Source: Octopus sinensis
Taxonomy: Eukaryota
DNA: 64,000 bases
Direction of reading: 5' to 3'
Assembly: GCF_006345805.1 (NCBI RefSeq)
Contig: NC_043006.1
Span: 20,088,001-20,152,000 of the forward strand
The position numbers and the translations under genes were made by a program. Below are positions 23,432 through 35,026 of this stretch, in pieces. The notes beneath the pieces are model-generated. The model worked only from the letters and a program-made list of their open reading frames with translations. It was not told the origin of the DNA and did not search any database. Numbering within the stretch: position 1 is the first letter of the stretch; each line of letters opens with the position of its first letter.

Positions 23432-23766
23432 ATTCGAGCAAGGCGGTTGCCAGTGGCTCCTGTGCAGGTGGCACATAAAAAAACACCATTTGAGTGTGGC
23501 CATTGCCAGTGTGGCCATTGCCAGTGTGGCCATTGCCAGTGTGGCCATTGCCAGGGTGGCCATTGCCAGTGTCGCCTGACTGGCCCCACATGCCGGTGGC
23601 ACGTAAAAGCACCCACTACACTCTCGGAGTGGTTGGCGTTAGGAAGGGCATCCAGCTGCCAGATCAAGATCGGAGCCTGGTGCAGCCATCTGGTTAGCCA
23701 GTCCTCAGTCAAATCGTCCAACCCATGCTAGCATGGAAAGCGGACATTAAAAAATTATGATGATGA
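23432..23766 (+). mobile_element. RTE 3'UTR and tail with an internal 15-bp VNTR
   Basis: gtgtggccattgcca x5 at 23494-23568. Confidence 0.85.
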
Positions 23767-24074
23767 TAATTTGTATACAAACATATACATTATACCTGTA
23801 CATATAGGTATACTAGACTGCATCTAGAAAAGGGCTGCTGGACAGACTGGCATGAAAGCACACCTAGACATGCTTCAGCTTCTGGCCCACAGGTGATGCA
23901 ATCTGCTCTCTCTGTCTTTTCCATTGCTGCTATAATGGCTCCTGCTTCTTTGAGCTTGGCAGGGCTCGTTATTCCACACAGGCATCCTGGATTCAGTCGC
24001 GTCACCTTCTCTCATCACCCTTATTAATCCCAAAGCCTTGCATTAGTTACTTCATCCAGTTGTTCCTTCTAGAT

Positions 24075-24450
24075 CAATGGCCCAGTGGTTAGGGCAGCGG
24101 ACTCGCGGTCATAGGATCGCGGTTTCGATTTCCAGACCGGGCGTTGTGAGTGTTTATTGAGCGAAAATACCTAAAAGCTCCACGAGGCTCCGGCAGGGGA
24201 TGGTGGTGATCCCTGCTGTACTCTTTCACCACAACTTTCTCTCACTCTTACTTCCTGTTTCTGTTGTACATGTATTTCAAGGGGCCGGCCTTGTCACTCT
24301 CTGTGTCACGCTGAATATCCCCGAGAACTACGTTAAGGGTGCACGTGTCTGTGGAGTGCTCAGCCACTTATACGTTAATTTCACGAGCAGGCTGTTCCGT
24401 TGATTCGGATCAACCGGAACCCTCGTCGTCGTAACCGACGGAGTGCTTCC
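24075..24450 (+). mobile_element. SINE family B1
   Basis: TSD ccttctagatca. Confidence 0.9.
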
Positions 24451-24644
24451 ACCTTCTAGATCATCAACCCATTGGAATTTTCTCCCTGCCCATGTCTTTC
24501 CCACAGGTGTTGACTCACAAAGGTTCAAATGAAACATTAATGACACCAAATTAATCAGTCTCAGGGGACCTACAAATACCACGACTACTATCCCTTATTT
24601 CTGACCCAGCAAATAGAAAAAAAAGTTTTTTAATTAAAACTCTT

Positions 24645-25066
24645 TACTCTTTCTCTTTACTCATTTACTTATTTCAGTCATTTGACTGCAGCCATGCTGG
24701 AGCACTGCCTTTAGTTGAGCAAATCGACCCCAGTACTTATTTTTTGTAAGCCTAGTACTTATTCTATCAGTCTCTTTTGCCGAAACGCTAAGTTACGGGG
24801 ATGTAAACACACCAGCATTGGTTGTGAAGCAATGTTGGAGGGAATAACACAGACACACAGACACACACATACATATATATATACACATACATATACATAT
24901 ATTCGATAGGCTTCTTTCAGTTTCCGTCTACCAAATCCACTCACAAGGCTTTGGTCGGCCCGAGGCTATAGTAGAAGACACTTGCCCAAGGTGCCACGCA
25001 GTGGGACTGAACCCGGAACCATGTGGTTGGTTAGCAAGCTACTTACCATACAACCACTCCTGCACC
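24645..25066 (-). mobile_element. SINE family A
   Basis: Full length, reverse orientation. Confidence 0.9.
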
Positions 25067-25131
25067 TATAGATTAAATAAAAGAATTAAATAAAAGATTA
25101 AATAAAAGATTAAATAAAAGAATTTCCTTAC

Positions 25132-25206
25132 CTGTTCCAGCACCACAAAGATGTTTTCCCATCCCTACCAAGGGTCGTTTACTGTTTTTAATAGATGGCA
25201 CCAGTG
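25132..25206 (-). CDS. TRMT13: TRMT13 exon I: (A)LVPSIKNSKRPLVGMGKHLCGAGT(D)
   Basis: ttatttccaaacag acceptor, gtaagg donor, phase 1 to 1; KHLCG motif. Confidence 0.95.
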
Positions 25207-25540
25207 CTGTTTGGAAATAACAAGAAAGAGAAAAGAAATCAAACCATGAACCAAAAATAAAAATTATATTTTTTAAGCTAATACAGGTTCTATCAGAATC
25301 AGAGGATTCTACCCAAAGTAATATATTTATTCCACACTTGGCCTTTGGTACAATAACAATTTTTTATATATAATTTATCCTGAAGATAAGGTTAAGAATC
25401 TATAAAGTAAGTCGTCGTTGACAGCGGCAGCGGCGGCATCATTTAACATGTTGTCCATGCTGGCATGGTTAGTATTAGTTTCAAATTTGGCTCAAGGCCA
25501 GCAATCTTGATGGCGGCATAAAACCATTAAAATCAACCCC

Positions 25541-25892
25541 ATGATGAAACAATACATGCGATGAAGTTATCTGAATGCCAAAGGGTTTAAGCCTCTGAGA
25601 AGGCAATTATCATCATCATCATCATCATCATTTAACGTCCGCTTTCCATGCTAGCATGGGTTGGACGATTTGACTGAGGTCTGGCGAACCAGACTCTAAT
25701 CTGAACTGGCAGAGTTTCTACAGCTGGATGCCCTTCCTAACGCCAACCACTCCGAGAGTGTAGTGGGTGCTTTTACGTGCCACCGGCATGAGGGCCAGTT
25801 TGGTGGTACTGGCAACGGCCACACCCAAATGGTGCTTTTTACGTACCACCTGCACAGGAGCCAGTCCAGCGGTGCTGGCAACGACCTCGCTC
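25541..25892 (-). repeat. Inverted local duplicate of 26342-26690 (RTE tail plus flank)
   Basis: Shares the same internal deletion junction and about 65 bp of non-LINE flank. Confidence 0.9.
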
Positions 25893-26242
25893 AACTGGTA
25901 CTTATTTTATTGAACCTGAAAGGAAGAAAGGCAAAGTCAATCCTGGCGACATTTGAACCCAGAACATAAAGACGGACAGAATGCCGCTAAGCATGGTATT
26001 GATACCGCCTTCCCCTGCCTTTATTCTGTAAAATATTAAAGACACTTAATGTGGCAAACAGTAAATCTTTAAGAAATAAAGAGTAATTAATCTGTGTTGA
26101 AGTGATGTAAAAATTAGGTCAAAGTTCAGTTGAATTTAGTGGGATTTGAGCAGTGAACTAACAATTAAGGACATGAATACTTTAAGTGGAATATGACTGT
26201 TACTAGAATCGATGAAAAAAAAATAATGACTTAGGGCAACAA

Positions 26243-26624
26243 GCTGTCCTCCGTGCCGATGACATGTTAAGCACACCATTCAAGTGTGATCGTTACCGTG
26301 CCGCCTTAATAGCACTTGTGCTGGTGGCATGTGAAATATTCGAGCAAGGTCATTGCCAGCGCCGCTGGACTGGCTCCCGTGCAGGTGGTATGTAAAAAGC
26401 ACCATTTGGGTGTGGCCATTGCCAGTACCACCAAACTGGCCCTCATGCCGGTGGCACATAAAAGCACCCACTACACTCTCGGAGTGGTTGGCGTTAGGAA
26501 GGGCATCCAGCTGTAGAAACTCTGCCAGTTCAGATTAGAGTCTGGTTCGCCAGACCTCAGTCAAATCGTCCAACTCATACTAGCATGGAAAGCAGACGTT
26601 AAATGATGATGATGATGATGATGA
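26243..26624 (+). mobile_element. RTE 3'UTR and tail
   Basis: UTR repeats, (GAT)n. Confidence 0.87.
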
Positions 26625-26685
26625 TTGCCTTCTCAGAGGCTTAAACCCTTTGGCATTCAGATAACTTCATCACATGTATTGTTTC

Positions 26686-27200
26686 ATCATCATCGTCTAA
26701 CGTCCGTTTTCCGCGCTAGCACGGGTTGGACGGTTCGACCAGGGTCTGGGAAGCCAGGAGGCTGCACCAGGCTCCAGTCTCATCTGGCAGTGTTTCTACA
26801 GCTGGATGCCCTTCCTAACGCCAACCACTCCACGAGTGTAGTGGGTGCATTTTACGTGCCACCAGCACAGGTACCAGGGGAGTCTGGCAGCAGCCACAAT
26901 CGGTTGGTGCTTTTAACGTTCCACCGGCACGGAAGCCAGTCAAGGCGGTGCTGGTGCTTTTTATGTGCCACCGGCACAGAAGCCAGTCGAGGCGGCGCTG
27001 GCATCAGCCACATTCGGATGGTGCTTTTTACGTGCCACCGGCACAGAAGCCAGTCGAGGCGGCGCTGGCATTGACCACGTTGGATGGTGCTTTTTACGTG
27101 CCACCGAAACAGAAGCCAGTTGAGGCAGCACTGGCATTGGCCACATTTGGATGGTGCTTTTTATGTGCCACCAGCACAGGTATCACAACAACTATTTCCA
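26686..27200 (-). mobile_element. RTE 3'UTR and tail
   Basis: About 57-bp UTR repeats, reversed. Confidence 0.85.
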
Positions 27201-27691
27201 TTCAAATTGCTTTGAATTAGTCATGCATTGTATTGTAGCTTCTAGATTTCAAAGATGTGATTGTTTACCTTTAGAATGACACTACAAGGTAGTTGTGAGA
27301 GGCCTTACCTGCTCAGTTTGAACACAAAACAGGTGGAATACTTGGACTTGATATGGCCAGTTTGAATGCTATAGGGTTAAAGATTTAAGCTATCTAGTGC
27401 TTTTAAAATTACCGTGCACATGCACGTGCGTATGCATGAGTAAATGTTTATAAAAAGTACTCAAAGCTGTGGGTGCAAATGATGACTGCATTTGTGGCTG
27501 GGCTACAGTCTGAGAGGCTGGTTGACATTTTCTCTCAGCAGATCCCCTTCTTTGAAAAGCAGTTAAGGGTTGGTAACAGGTAAAGCATCCAGCTGTAAAA
27601 ATCCTACCTCTGTTTCCTCCCAACTAAACCCTACTAGCATGAACAGAACAGACATCAAAATGAAACAAACAAGCAGCAGCAGCAACAGCAA

Positions 27692-28090
27692 GTGGAGGTG
27701 CAATGGCCCAGTGGTCAGGGCAGCGGACTCGCGGTCAGAGGATCGCGGTTTCGATTCCCAGACCAGACGTTGTGTGTGTTTATTGAGCGAAAACACCTAA
27801 AGCTCCATGAGGCTCCGGCAGAGGGTGGTGGCGACCCCTGTTGTACTCTTTCGCTCCAACTTTCTTTCACTCTTTCTTCCTGTTTCTTGTCCCCGACCTC
27901 CTACGCAACCGCTGAGCCTGGATGCGCATTCATCCATCCGTCGATGCTCTCGGCGTCGGGGGTTGACCTGCTTTCTCTTCTGCGGGGTCTTACGAATATC
28001 AAAAGACCTCATTGCGGACTTCTCCCACTACAGGGGGTGCGATCTTGCGAACTCTGGGACGAAGACCGCTTCGCACAACAAACAAACAAA
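27692..28090 (+). mobile_element. SINE family B2 (B head, alternative structured 3' tail)
   Basis: Same first ~190 nt as B1, different tail ending in CAAA/CAA repeats. Confidence 0.85.
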
Positions 28091-28261
28091 CGAACAACAG
28101 AAGCAACAGCCACTGCCACTACCTGCAGCAACAGCAACAGTGGAGGCGCAATGGCCCAGTGGTTAGGGCAGTAGACTCGCGGTCATAAGAATGCGGTTTC
28201 GATTCCCAGACCAGGCATTGTGAGCAAAAACACCTAAGCTCCACAAGGCTCCGGCAAGGAT

Positions 28262-28610
28262 GGAACCTACACTCGCCTCCTTATGAGAGCTCAAAATCTC
28301 TCGTGGAAGCGTCATCCAACCAAAATGCAAATATATGGGAAACTACCACCTGTGTCATCTCTTGTGAAAGGTAGGAGAGTCCAGTTTGCTGGACATTGTT
28401 GTAGAGCTGAAAAAGAGGTAATTTCTACTCTTCTCCTCTGGAAGCCATCTACTCGCAATACCAGAGGGCGCACACTCTCCTACCCTGATGTAATCTCCAG
28501 GGATACAGGCATCCAGCATCAGGACCTCCATAATGCCATGATGGACCGTGAAGTCTGGCGTAGCATGGTAAATTCGATTGTTTCGACCACGGTCGAACAA
28601 TGATGATGAA
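28262..28610 (+). mobile_element. Second RTE-type LINE family, 3' end, inserted into a SINE B copy (28139-28678)
   Basis: RRVQFAGHC.R...MMDREVWRSMV C-terminus, gatgatga tail; the SINE B body resumes after it. Confidence 0.8.
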
Positions 28611-28879
28611 TGGGGGTGGGGGTGAACCCTGCTGTTCTCTTTCACCACAACTTTCTCTCACTCTTTCTTCCTACTTCTGCCACAAAGCAGAGGAACCATG
28701 GTGTAACCCACTATGGTGTGGTTAAACTTTCAGACCCAAGTCTAGATTCCGAATCCTCTGTACCCCCAGGATGGTTCAGCTCTCCACCCGTTAAAAGCTG
28801 TTTATGGAATGAGGATAACAACGTAGCTTTCGTGCCCGTGCAACCACCAGTCTATCGCGTGTGGTGGGTGGATCTTCAA

Positions 28880-28952
28880 GTTGCCACACGAGGAGGAGGA
28901 GGAGAAGAAGAAGAAGAAGAAGAAGAAGAAGAAGAAGAAGAAGAAGAAGAAG

Positions 28953-28987
<35 letters not shown>

Positions 28988-29112
28988 GAACAAGAAGAAA
29001 AAGCAGAAGAAAAAGAAGAAGAAAAAGAAGAAGAACAACAACAAGAACAAGAAGAAGAAGCAGAAGAAAAAGAAGAACAAGAACAAGAAGAAGAAGAAGC
29101 AGCAGCAGCAAG
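28880..29112. repeat. Compound (GGA)(GAA)n(CAA)n microsatellite
   Basis: Direct reading. Confidence 0.95.
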
Positions 29113-29207
29113 TGGAGCAGCAGTTCCATTAGAAACATTTCCAAAGAAGGCTCAGAGGAACTCACACATGTAAACAACAGAACAGAAGATGAAGTCAGAG
29201 TTCTTAC

Positions 29208-29286
29208 CTAAACATAAATGTTGAAGGTCAGTGTTGAGTCTCTCAAAGGTTGGTCCACCTTCGCTAAACTGATGGGAAAGTTCAAG
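29208..29286 (-). CDS. TRMT13: TRMT13 exon H: LELSHQFSEGGPTFERLNTDLQHLCL(A)
   Basis: ttttcttgaacctag acceptor (an alternative in-frame cag gives a start at 29268), gtaaga donor; FERLxxDLQHLCL motif. Confidence 0.9.
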
Positions 29287-29404
29287 CTAGGTTCAAGAAA
29301 AATATTCGACAAAATGAGACAGAGTAAAACTATATATATGGGAGGGTGCTGAAAAGTTGCTGGCTTTAAGGGTATTGCAAAGGGTCTGGTTTTGGAGGGT
29401 TTTA

Positions 29405-29788
29405 TAACTCTTTTACTCTTTTACTTGTTTCAGTCATTTGAGTGCGGCCATGCTGGAGCACCGCCTTTAGTCGAGCAAATTGACCCCGGGACTTATTCTT
29501 TGTAAGCCCAGTACTTATTCTATCGGTCTCTTTTGCCGAACCGCTAAGTGACGGGGATGCAAACACACCACCATCGGTTGTCAAGCGATGTTGGGGGTAC
29601 AAACACAGACACACAAACATAGACACATACGACAGGCTTCTTTCAGTTTCCGTCTACCAAATCCACTCACAAGGCTTTGGTCGGCCTGAGGCTACAGTAG
29701 CAGACACTTGCCCAAGGTGCCACGTAGTGGGACTGAACCCAGAAACATGTGGTTAGTAAGTAAGCTACTTATCACACAGCCACTCCTA
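29405..29788 (-). mobile_element. SINE family A
   Basis: Full length, lacks the internal (TA)n. Confidence 0.9.
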
Positions 29789-29866
29789 CTTGGGGATGGT
29801 CATATTTTGCCAATTAAACACATGCATAATATATATTTGGTTTTCACTTCAGTTTTATTATTATTA

Positions 29867-31273
29867 TTATTATTTTAGTGTCCTTTGTCAAAGCTTTCAT
29901 CCACACATCCTGTGACGTCTTCAATGACTTTTTAAGCCATGTAGCTTCTCTTATTCTGCTTATTTCATTTTTGTCTTTCTGTGGTGTGTATTCTTCAAAA
30001 AGACTAAGAGGAATAAACAGAACATGAGGCACATGTGGGATAGAGTTGCTGAAGAGGTCACAGGATATGGAACATGAGGCACATGTGGGATAGAGTTGCT
30101 GAAGAGGTCACAGGATATGGGACACGAGGTCACATGTGGGATAGAGTTGCTGAAGAGGTCACAGGATATGGAACATGAGGTCACATGAGGGATAGAGTTG
30201 CTGAAGAGGTCACAGGATATGGAACATGAGGTCACATGTGGGATAGAGTTGCTGAAGAGGTCACAGGATATGGAACATGAGGTCACATGTGGGATAGAGT
30301 TGCTGAAGAGGTCACAGGATATGGAACATGAGGCACATGTGGGATAGAGTTGCTGAAGAGGTCACAGGATATGGAACATGAGGCACATGTGGGATAGAGT
30401 TGCTGAAGAGGTCACAGGATATGGAACATGAGGTCACATGTGGGATAGAGTTGCTGAAGAGGTCACAGGATATGGAACATGAGACACATGTGGGATAGAG
30501 TTGCTGAAGAGGTCACAGGATATGGAACATGAGGTCACATGTGGGATAGAGTTGCTGAAGAGGTCACAGGATATGGAACATGAGGCACATGTGGGATAGA
30601 GTTGCTGAAGAGGTCACAGGATATGGGACACGACGTCACATGTGGGATAGAGTTGCTGAAGAGGTCACAGGATATGGAACATGAGGTCACATGTGGGATA
30701 GAGTTGCTGAAGAGGTCACAGGATATGGAACATGAGGTCACATGTGGGATAGAGTTGCTGAAGAGGTCACAGGATATGGAACATGAGGCACATGTGGGAT
30801 AGAGTTGCTGAAGAGGTCACAGGATATGGGACACGAGGTCACATGTGGGATAGAGTTGCTGAAGAGGTCACGGGATATGGAACATGAGGTCACATGTGGG
30901 ATAGAGTTGCTGAAGAGGTCACAGGATATGGAACATGAGGTCACATGAGGGATAGAGTTGCTGAAGAGGTCACAGGATATGGAACATGAGGTCACATGTG
31001 GGATAGAGTTGCTGAAGAGGTCACAGGATATGGAACATGAGGTCACATGTGGGATAGAGTTGCTGAAGAGGTCACAGGATATGGAACATGAGGTCACATG
31101 TGGGATAGAGTTGCTGAAGAGGTCACAGGATATGGAACATGAGGTCACATGTGGGATAGAGTTGCTGAAGAGGTCACAGGATATGGAACATGAGGTCACA
31201 TGTGGGATAGAGTTGCTGAAGAGGTCACAGGATATGTGACAAAAGAACTTTGACAAAGAAACTAAAATAATAA
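29867..31273. mobile_element. Imperfect palindromic MITE-like element containing the 51-bp array
   Basis: Left arm 29867-29975 is the reverse complement of 30002-30069 plus 31237-31273. Confidence 0.7.
30021..31236. repeat. Tandem array, 50/51-bp unit x24
   Basis: Unit aacatgaggtcacatgtgggatagagttgctgaagaggtcacaggatatgg, counted 24 times. Confidence 0.97.
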
Positions 31274-31389
31274 GAAATTAAGTTGAAGTGAAAACCAAAT
31301 ATATAGCGCAAATATTTAATTGGTAAAGTGTGACCAAGCCCAAGTATAACGATATCTGTTTCAACACACAATTTCACATCGGGAATTTT

Positions 31390-31785
31390 GCAACACAAAC
31401 ACATAAACATCATCATTTAGCGTCCGTTTTCCATGCTAGCATGGGTTGGACGGTTCAACTGGGGTCTGTGAAGCCAGAAGGCTGCATCAGGCCCAGTCTG
31501 ATCTGTCAGTGTTTCTACGGCTGGATGCCCTTCCTAACGCCAACCACTCTGCGAGTGTAGTGGGTGCTTTTTACATGCCACCCGCACAGGAGCCAGATGG
31601 AGCTGGCAAACGGCCACGAACGGATGATGCTTTTACGTGCCACCGGCACGGGGGCCAGGCAAGGCTGGCAACGGTATGAACGGATGGTGCCTTTTACGTG
31701 TCACCGGCACGGAGGCCAGTCGGGGCGGCGCTGGCAACGGCCACGATCGGATGGTTCGCTTACTTGTCACCGGCACTGGTATCAT
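31390..31785 (-). mobile_element. RTE 3'UTR and tail
   Basis: Reversed tail and UTR repeats. Confidence 0.85.
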
Positions 31786-31941
31786 ATATATTTTAAATGA
31801 TGATGCTTAGATAAAATATCATCTTATATAAAATCAAATAAACGATAATGATGATGATGTAATTATATTAGAAACGATTATCTTTAACAAAACATAAATA
31901 TGTAGAAAAAACATGGATTTCTGAAATAGTGTTACACCTAC

Positions 31942-32030
31942 CTTATATCTGATATGACTTTTATCTACTAAAACGTAGAGGCCGTCTTCATTATCAGGAA
32001 TTGCTCTCTGAAGACAGTGAGAGAGTTGGC
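31942..32030 (-). CDS. TRMT13: TRMT13 exon G: (G)QLSHCLQRAIPDNEDGLYVLVDKSHIRYK
   Basis: tacatttcag acceptor, gtaggt donor, phase 1 to 0; LSH and LVD..RxK motifs. Confidence 0.93.
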
Positions 32031-32063
32031 CTGAAATGTAGATATAAAATACATATTTTATTA

Positions 32064-32296
32064 TACTCTTTTACTCTTTTACTTGTTTCAGTCATTTGAC
32101 TGCGGCCATGCTGGAGCACCGCCTTTAGTCGAGCAAATCGACCCCAGGACTTATTTTTTGTAAGCCCAGTACTTATTCTATCGGTCTCTTTTTGCTGAAC
32201 CGCTAAGTGACGGGGACGTAAACACACCAGCATCGGTTGTCAAGCAATGCTAGGGGGACAAACACAGACACACAAACACACACACACATATATATA

Positions 32297-32343
<47 letters not shown>

Positions 32344-32508
32344 TACGACAGGCTTCTTTCAGTTTCCGCCTACCAAATCCACTCACAAGGCATTGGTCGG
32401 CCCGGGGCTATAGCAGAAGACACTTGCCCAAGATGCCATGCAGTGGGACTGAACCCGGAACCATGTGGTTGGTTAGCAAGCTACTTACCACACAGCCACA
32501 CCTGCGCC
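32064..32508 (-). mobile_element. SINE family A
   Basis: Full length, tail about 30 nt from the exon G acceptor. Confidence 0.9.
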
Positions 32509-32888
32509 TATGTATCTTTTTTTTTATAACCAGGTGGAAGACTACCTGTAGACCCTTTACAGGGTCTCTGAGATTGATGGGGGGGAAAAAGGAAGTTATC
32601 CTCAAACTGAAGGTTTAGAACAGAGTGAACCCTAATGAAGACACCCAAGGGCCAGGTGGTGATGTTAAACCAAGAGATGGATTATCTGATCCTCAAGCAG
32701 GTTTTGGTAAGATTTGAACTCAGAAGATTAAGAGCTGAAACCAACACCATAAAGTAGCTGATCCTATGTTTTTAGATTTCCACCAATTCAATACCGTAGA
32801 TTGGTACTTTTTTATCAGCCCTGCCCATTGAAAGGATGAAAAGCTTAGTTAACATTGGCAGGATTTGAACATAGTGTATTGATAAAGC

Positions 32889-33275
32889 GTGGAGGCGCAA
32901 TGGCCCAGTGGTTAGGGCAGCGGACTCGCGGTCATAGGATCGCGGTTTCGATTCCCAGACCGGGCGTTGTGAGTGTTTATTGAGCGAAAACACCTAAAAA
33001 GCTCCACGAGGCTCCGGCAGGGGATGATGGTGATCCCTGCTGTACTCTTTCACCACAACTTTCTCTCGCTCTTACTTCCTGTTTCTGTTGTACCTGTATT
33101 TCAAAGGGCCGGCCTTGTCACTCTCTGTGTCACGCTGAATATCCCAGAGAACTACGTTAAGGGTACACGTGTCTGTGGAGTGCTCAGCCACTTACACGTT
33201 AATTTCACGAGCAAGCTGTTCCGTTGATTCGGATCAACTGGAACCCTCGTCGTCGTAACCGACGGAGTGCTTCCA
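32889..33275 (+). mobile_element. SINE family B1
   Basis: TSD tgataaagc. Confidence 0.9.
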
Positions 33276-33351
33276 CAGTGATAAAGCAAAGCTGATTTCA
33301 GAGTGATGAGAAAGTAAAGCTGACTTTCGTGGAATTTTAACTCAAAATGTT

Positions 33352-33526
33352 GGCGCAGGAGTGGCTGTGTGGTAAGTAGCTTGCTAACCGACCACATGGT
33401 TCAGGGTTCAGTCCCACTGTGTGGCATCTTGGGCAAGTGTCTTCTGCTATAGCCCCGGGCCGACCAATGCCTTGTGAGTGGATTTGGCAGACGGAAACTG
33501 AAAGAAGCCTGTCGTATATATGTATA

Positions 33527-33573
<47 letters not shown>

Positions 33574-33795
33574 ATGTTTGTGTGTCTGTGTTTGTCCCCC
33601 TAGCATTGCTTGACAACCGATGCTGGTGTGATTATGTCCCCGTTACTTAGCGGTTCGGCAAAAGAGACCGATAGAATAAGTACTGGGCTTACAAAGAATA
33701 AGTCCTGGGGTCGATTTGCTCGACTAAAGGCGGTGCTCCAGCATGGCCGCAGTCAAAATGACTGAAACAAGTAAAAGAGTAAAGAGTAAAGAGTA
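33352..33795 (+). mobile_element. SINE family A
   Basis: Full length. Confidence 0.9.
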
Positions 33796-34207
33796 AGTCA
33801 AGGTTAATCTCAGTAGGATTTGAATTAAGTTGTATGTACAGAAAAACAGACTGGATGAATGGTAATGAGATGTGTGTCATCTAGCACTCTCTCTCTGATG
33901 GATCTTAAGTCTAGCTGCCCCTAATGAGTCAGCTGTGAAGCACACATACTATCCAAGGATAGTTGGCCTCATAGGTGGCACATGTGCTTCACAGAGCCAC
34001 AACAACCCAAATGACTTGAAATGTTTCAGTTTTGGAGGGAGAAGGGCCACTGCATAATACAAGGTATTTGGGTTAAATTTGATGAGTTTTTTTTATGTCT
34101 CCTTTTTTCAGGAACAACTAAATGTATTGGGTGAGCAGTCGATGGCTTTTGAGAGCATAAAGATTAATGTTGTATTTGAGAAAAAGTTAGTCGATATGGG
34201 GAACTAA

Positions 34208-34440
34208 AGGCGGCAAGCTGGTAGAATTGTTAGCACACCAGGCGAAATGCTTAGCAGTATTTCGTCTGCGTTATGTTGTGAGTTCAAATTCCGCCGAGGT
34301 CGACTTTGCCTTTCATCCTTCTGGAGTCGATAAATTAAGTACCAGTTACGCACTGGGGTCGATGTAATCGACTTAATACCTATGTCTGTCCTTGTTTGTC
34401 CCCTCTGTGTTTAGCCCCTTGTGGGTAATAAAGAAATAGA
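34208..34440 (+). mobile_element. SINE family C
   Basis: Full length. Confidence 0.88.
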
Positions 34441-34762
34441 TATGGGGAACTGTAAAGCACCTGAATATTGGAAAAGAGTAACCTGCATCATGATAATTTG
34501 TGTCAGGCGTCAAAATGCTGACATCGTGACAACTGCTCGATGCTCTGTGAACACTATGAAGGCTGTAAAACACGACATGGACAGCTGCAATGGAGACTAC
34601 ATAGCCATGGCCAGCTGGAAGAGACAGCAGTTGTTCTGACTATGTCCAAATGCTGGAATTCACCCTAACACATAGTAATCCATGGGATTACAATCAGGGG
34701 GAATAAAAAGGCCTGAATATATTGAAATAAAACACTGCAACAAAATGGAAATCTACCCTCAC

Positions 34763-34841
34763 CTTTGCCAGCACCAAGTTCGACATAAGTGTAACCTTTC
34801 TTCAGTAAATTCAACTTCTCCAGATGACCAATAAGAGATGC
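34763..34841 (-). CDS. TRMT13: TRMT13 exon F: ASLIGHLEKLNLLKKGYTYVELGAGK(G), SAM-binding motif I
   Basis: ttctttgtttatgacaag acceptor, gtgagg donor, phase 0 to 1; ELGAGKG motif. Confidence 0.95.
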
Positions 34842-35026
34842 CTTGTCATAAACAAAGAAGATATAAAAGTAAATATTTCATTAATATATATTTGCATAAT
34901 TAACTCTGAAATAGTCATTGTTTTGTTTAGGTTAATGCCAGCCTTTCCATACTAGTATGTTTTAGATAGCACATGACCGAAATAGGATTTTTAGAGCTGG
35001 ATGCCCTTCTTGTCACCAACCCTTCA

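Noticed and set aside
23790-24005. Possible extra TRMT13 exon
   Set aside because: The exon chain I-J-K is already complete and in phase, and there is no TRM13 similarity.
28610-29211. Poly-E/Q, poly-K, poly-R and poly-L ORFs
   Set aside because: Trinucleotide microsatellite with no stop codons in several frames.
30021-31236. CRISPR array or 17-aa repeat protein (ORFs 30738..31256, 30958..31239)
   Set aside because: The units are contiguous with no unique spacers and there are no cas genes. 50-bp variants break the frame and the array is intronic.
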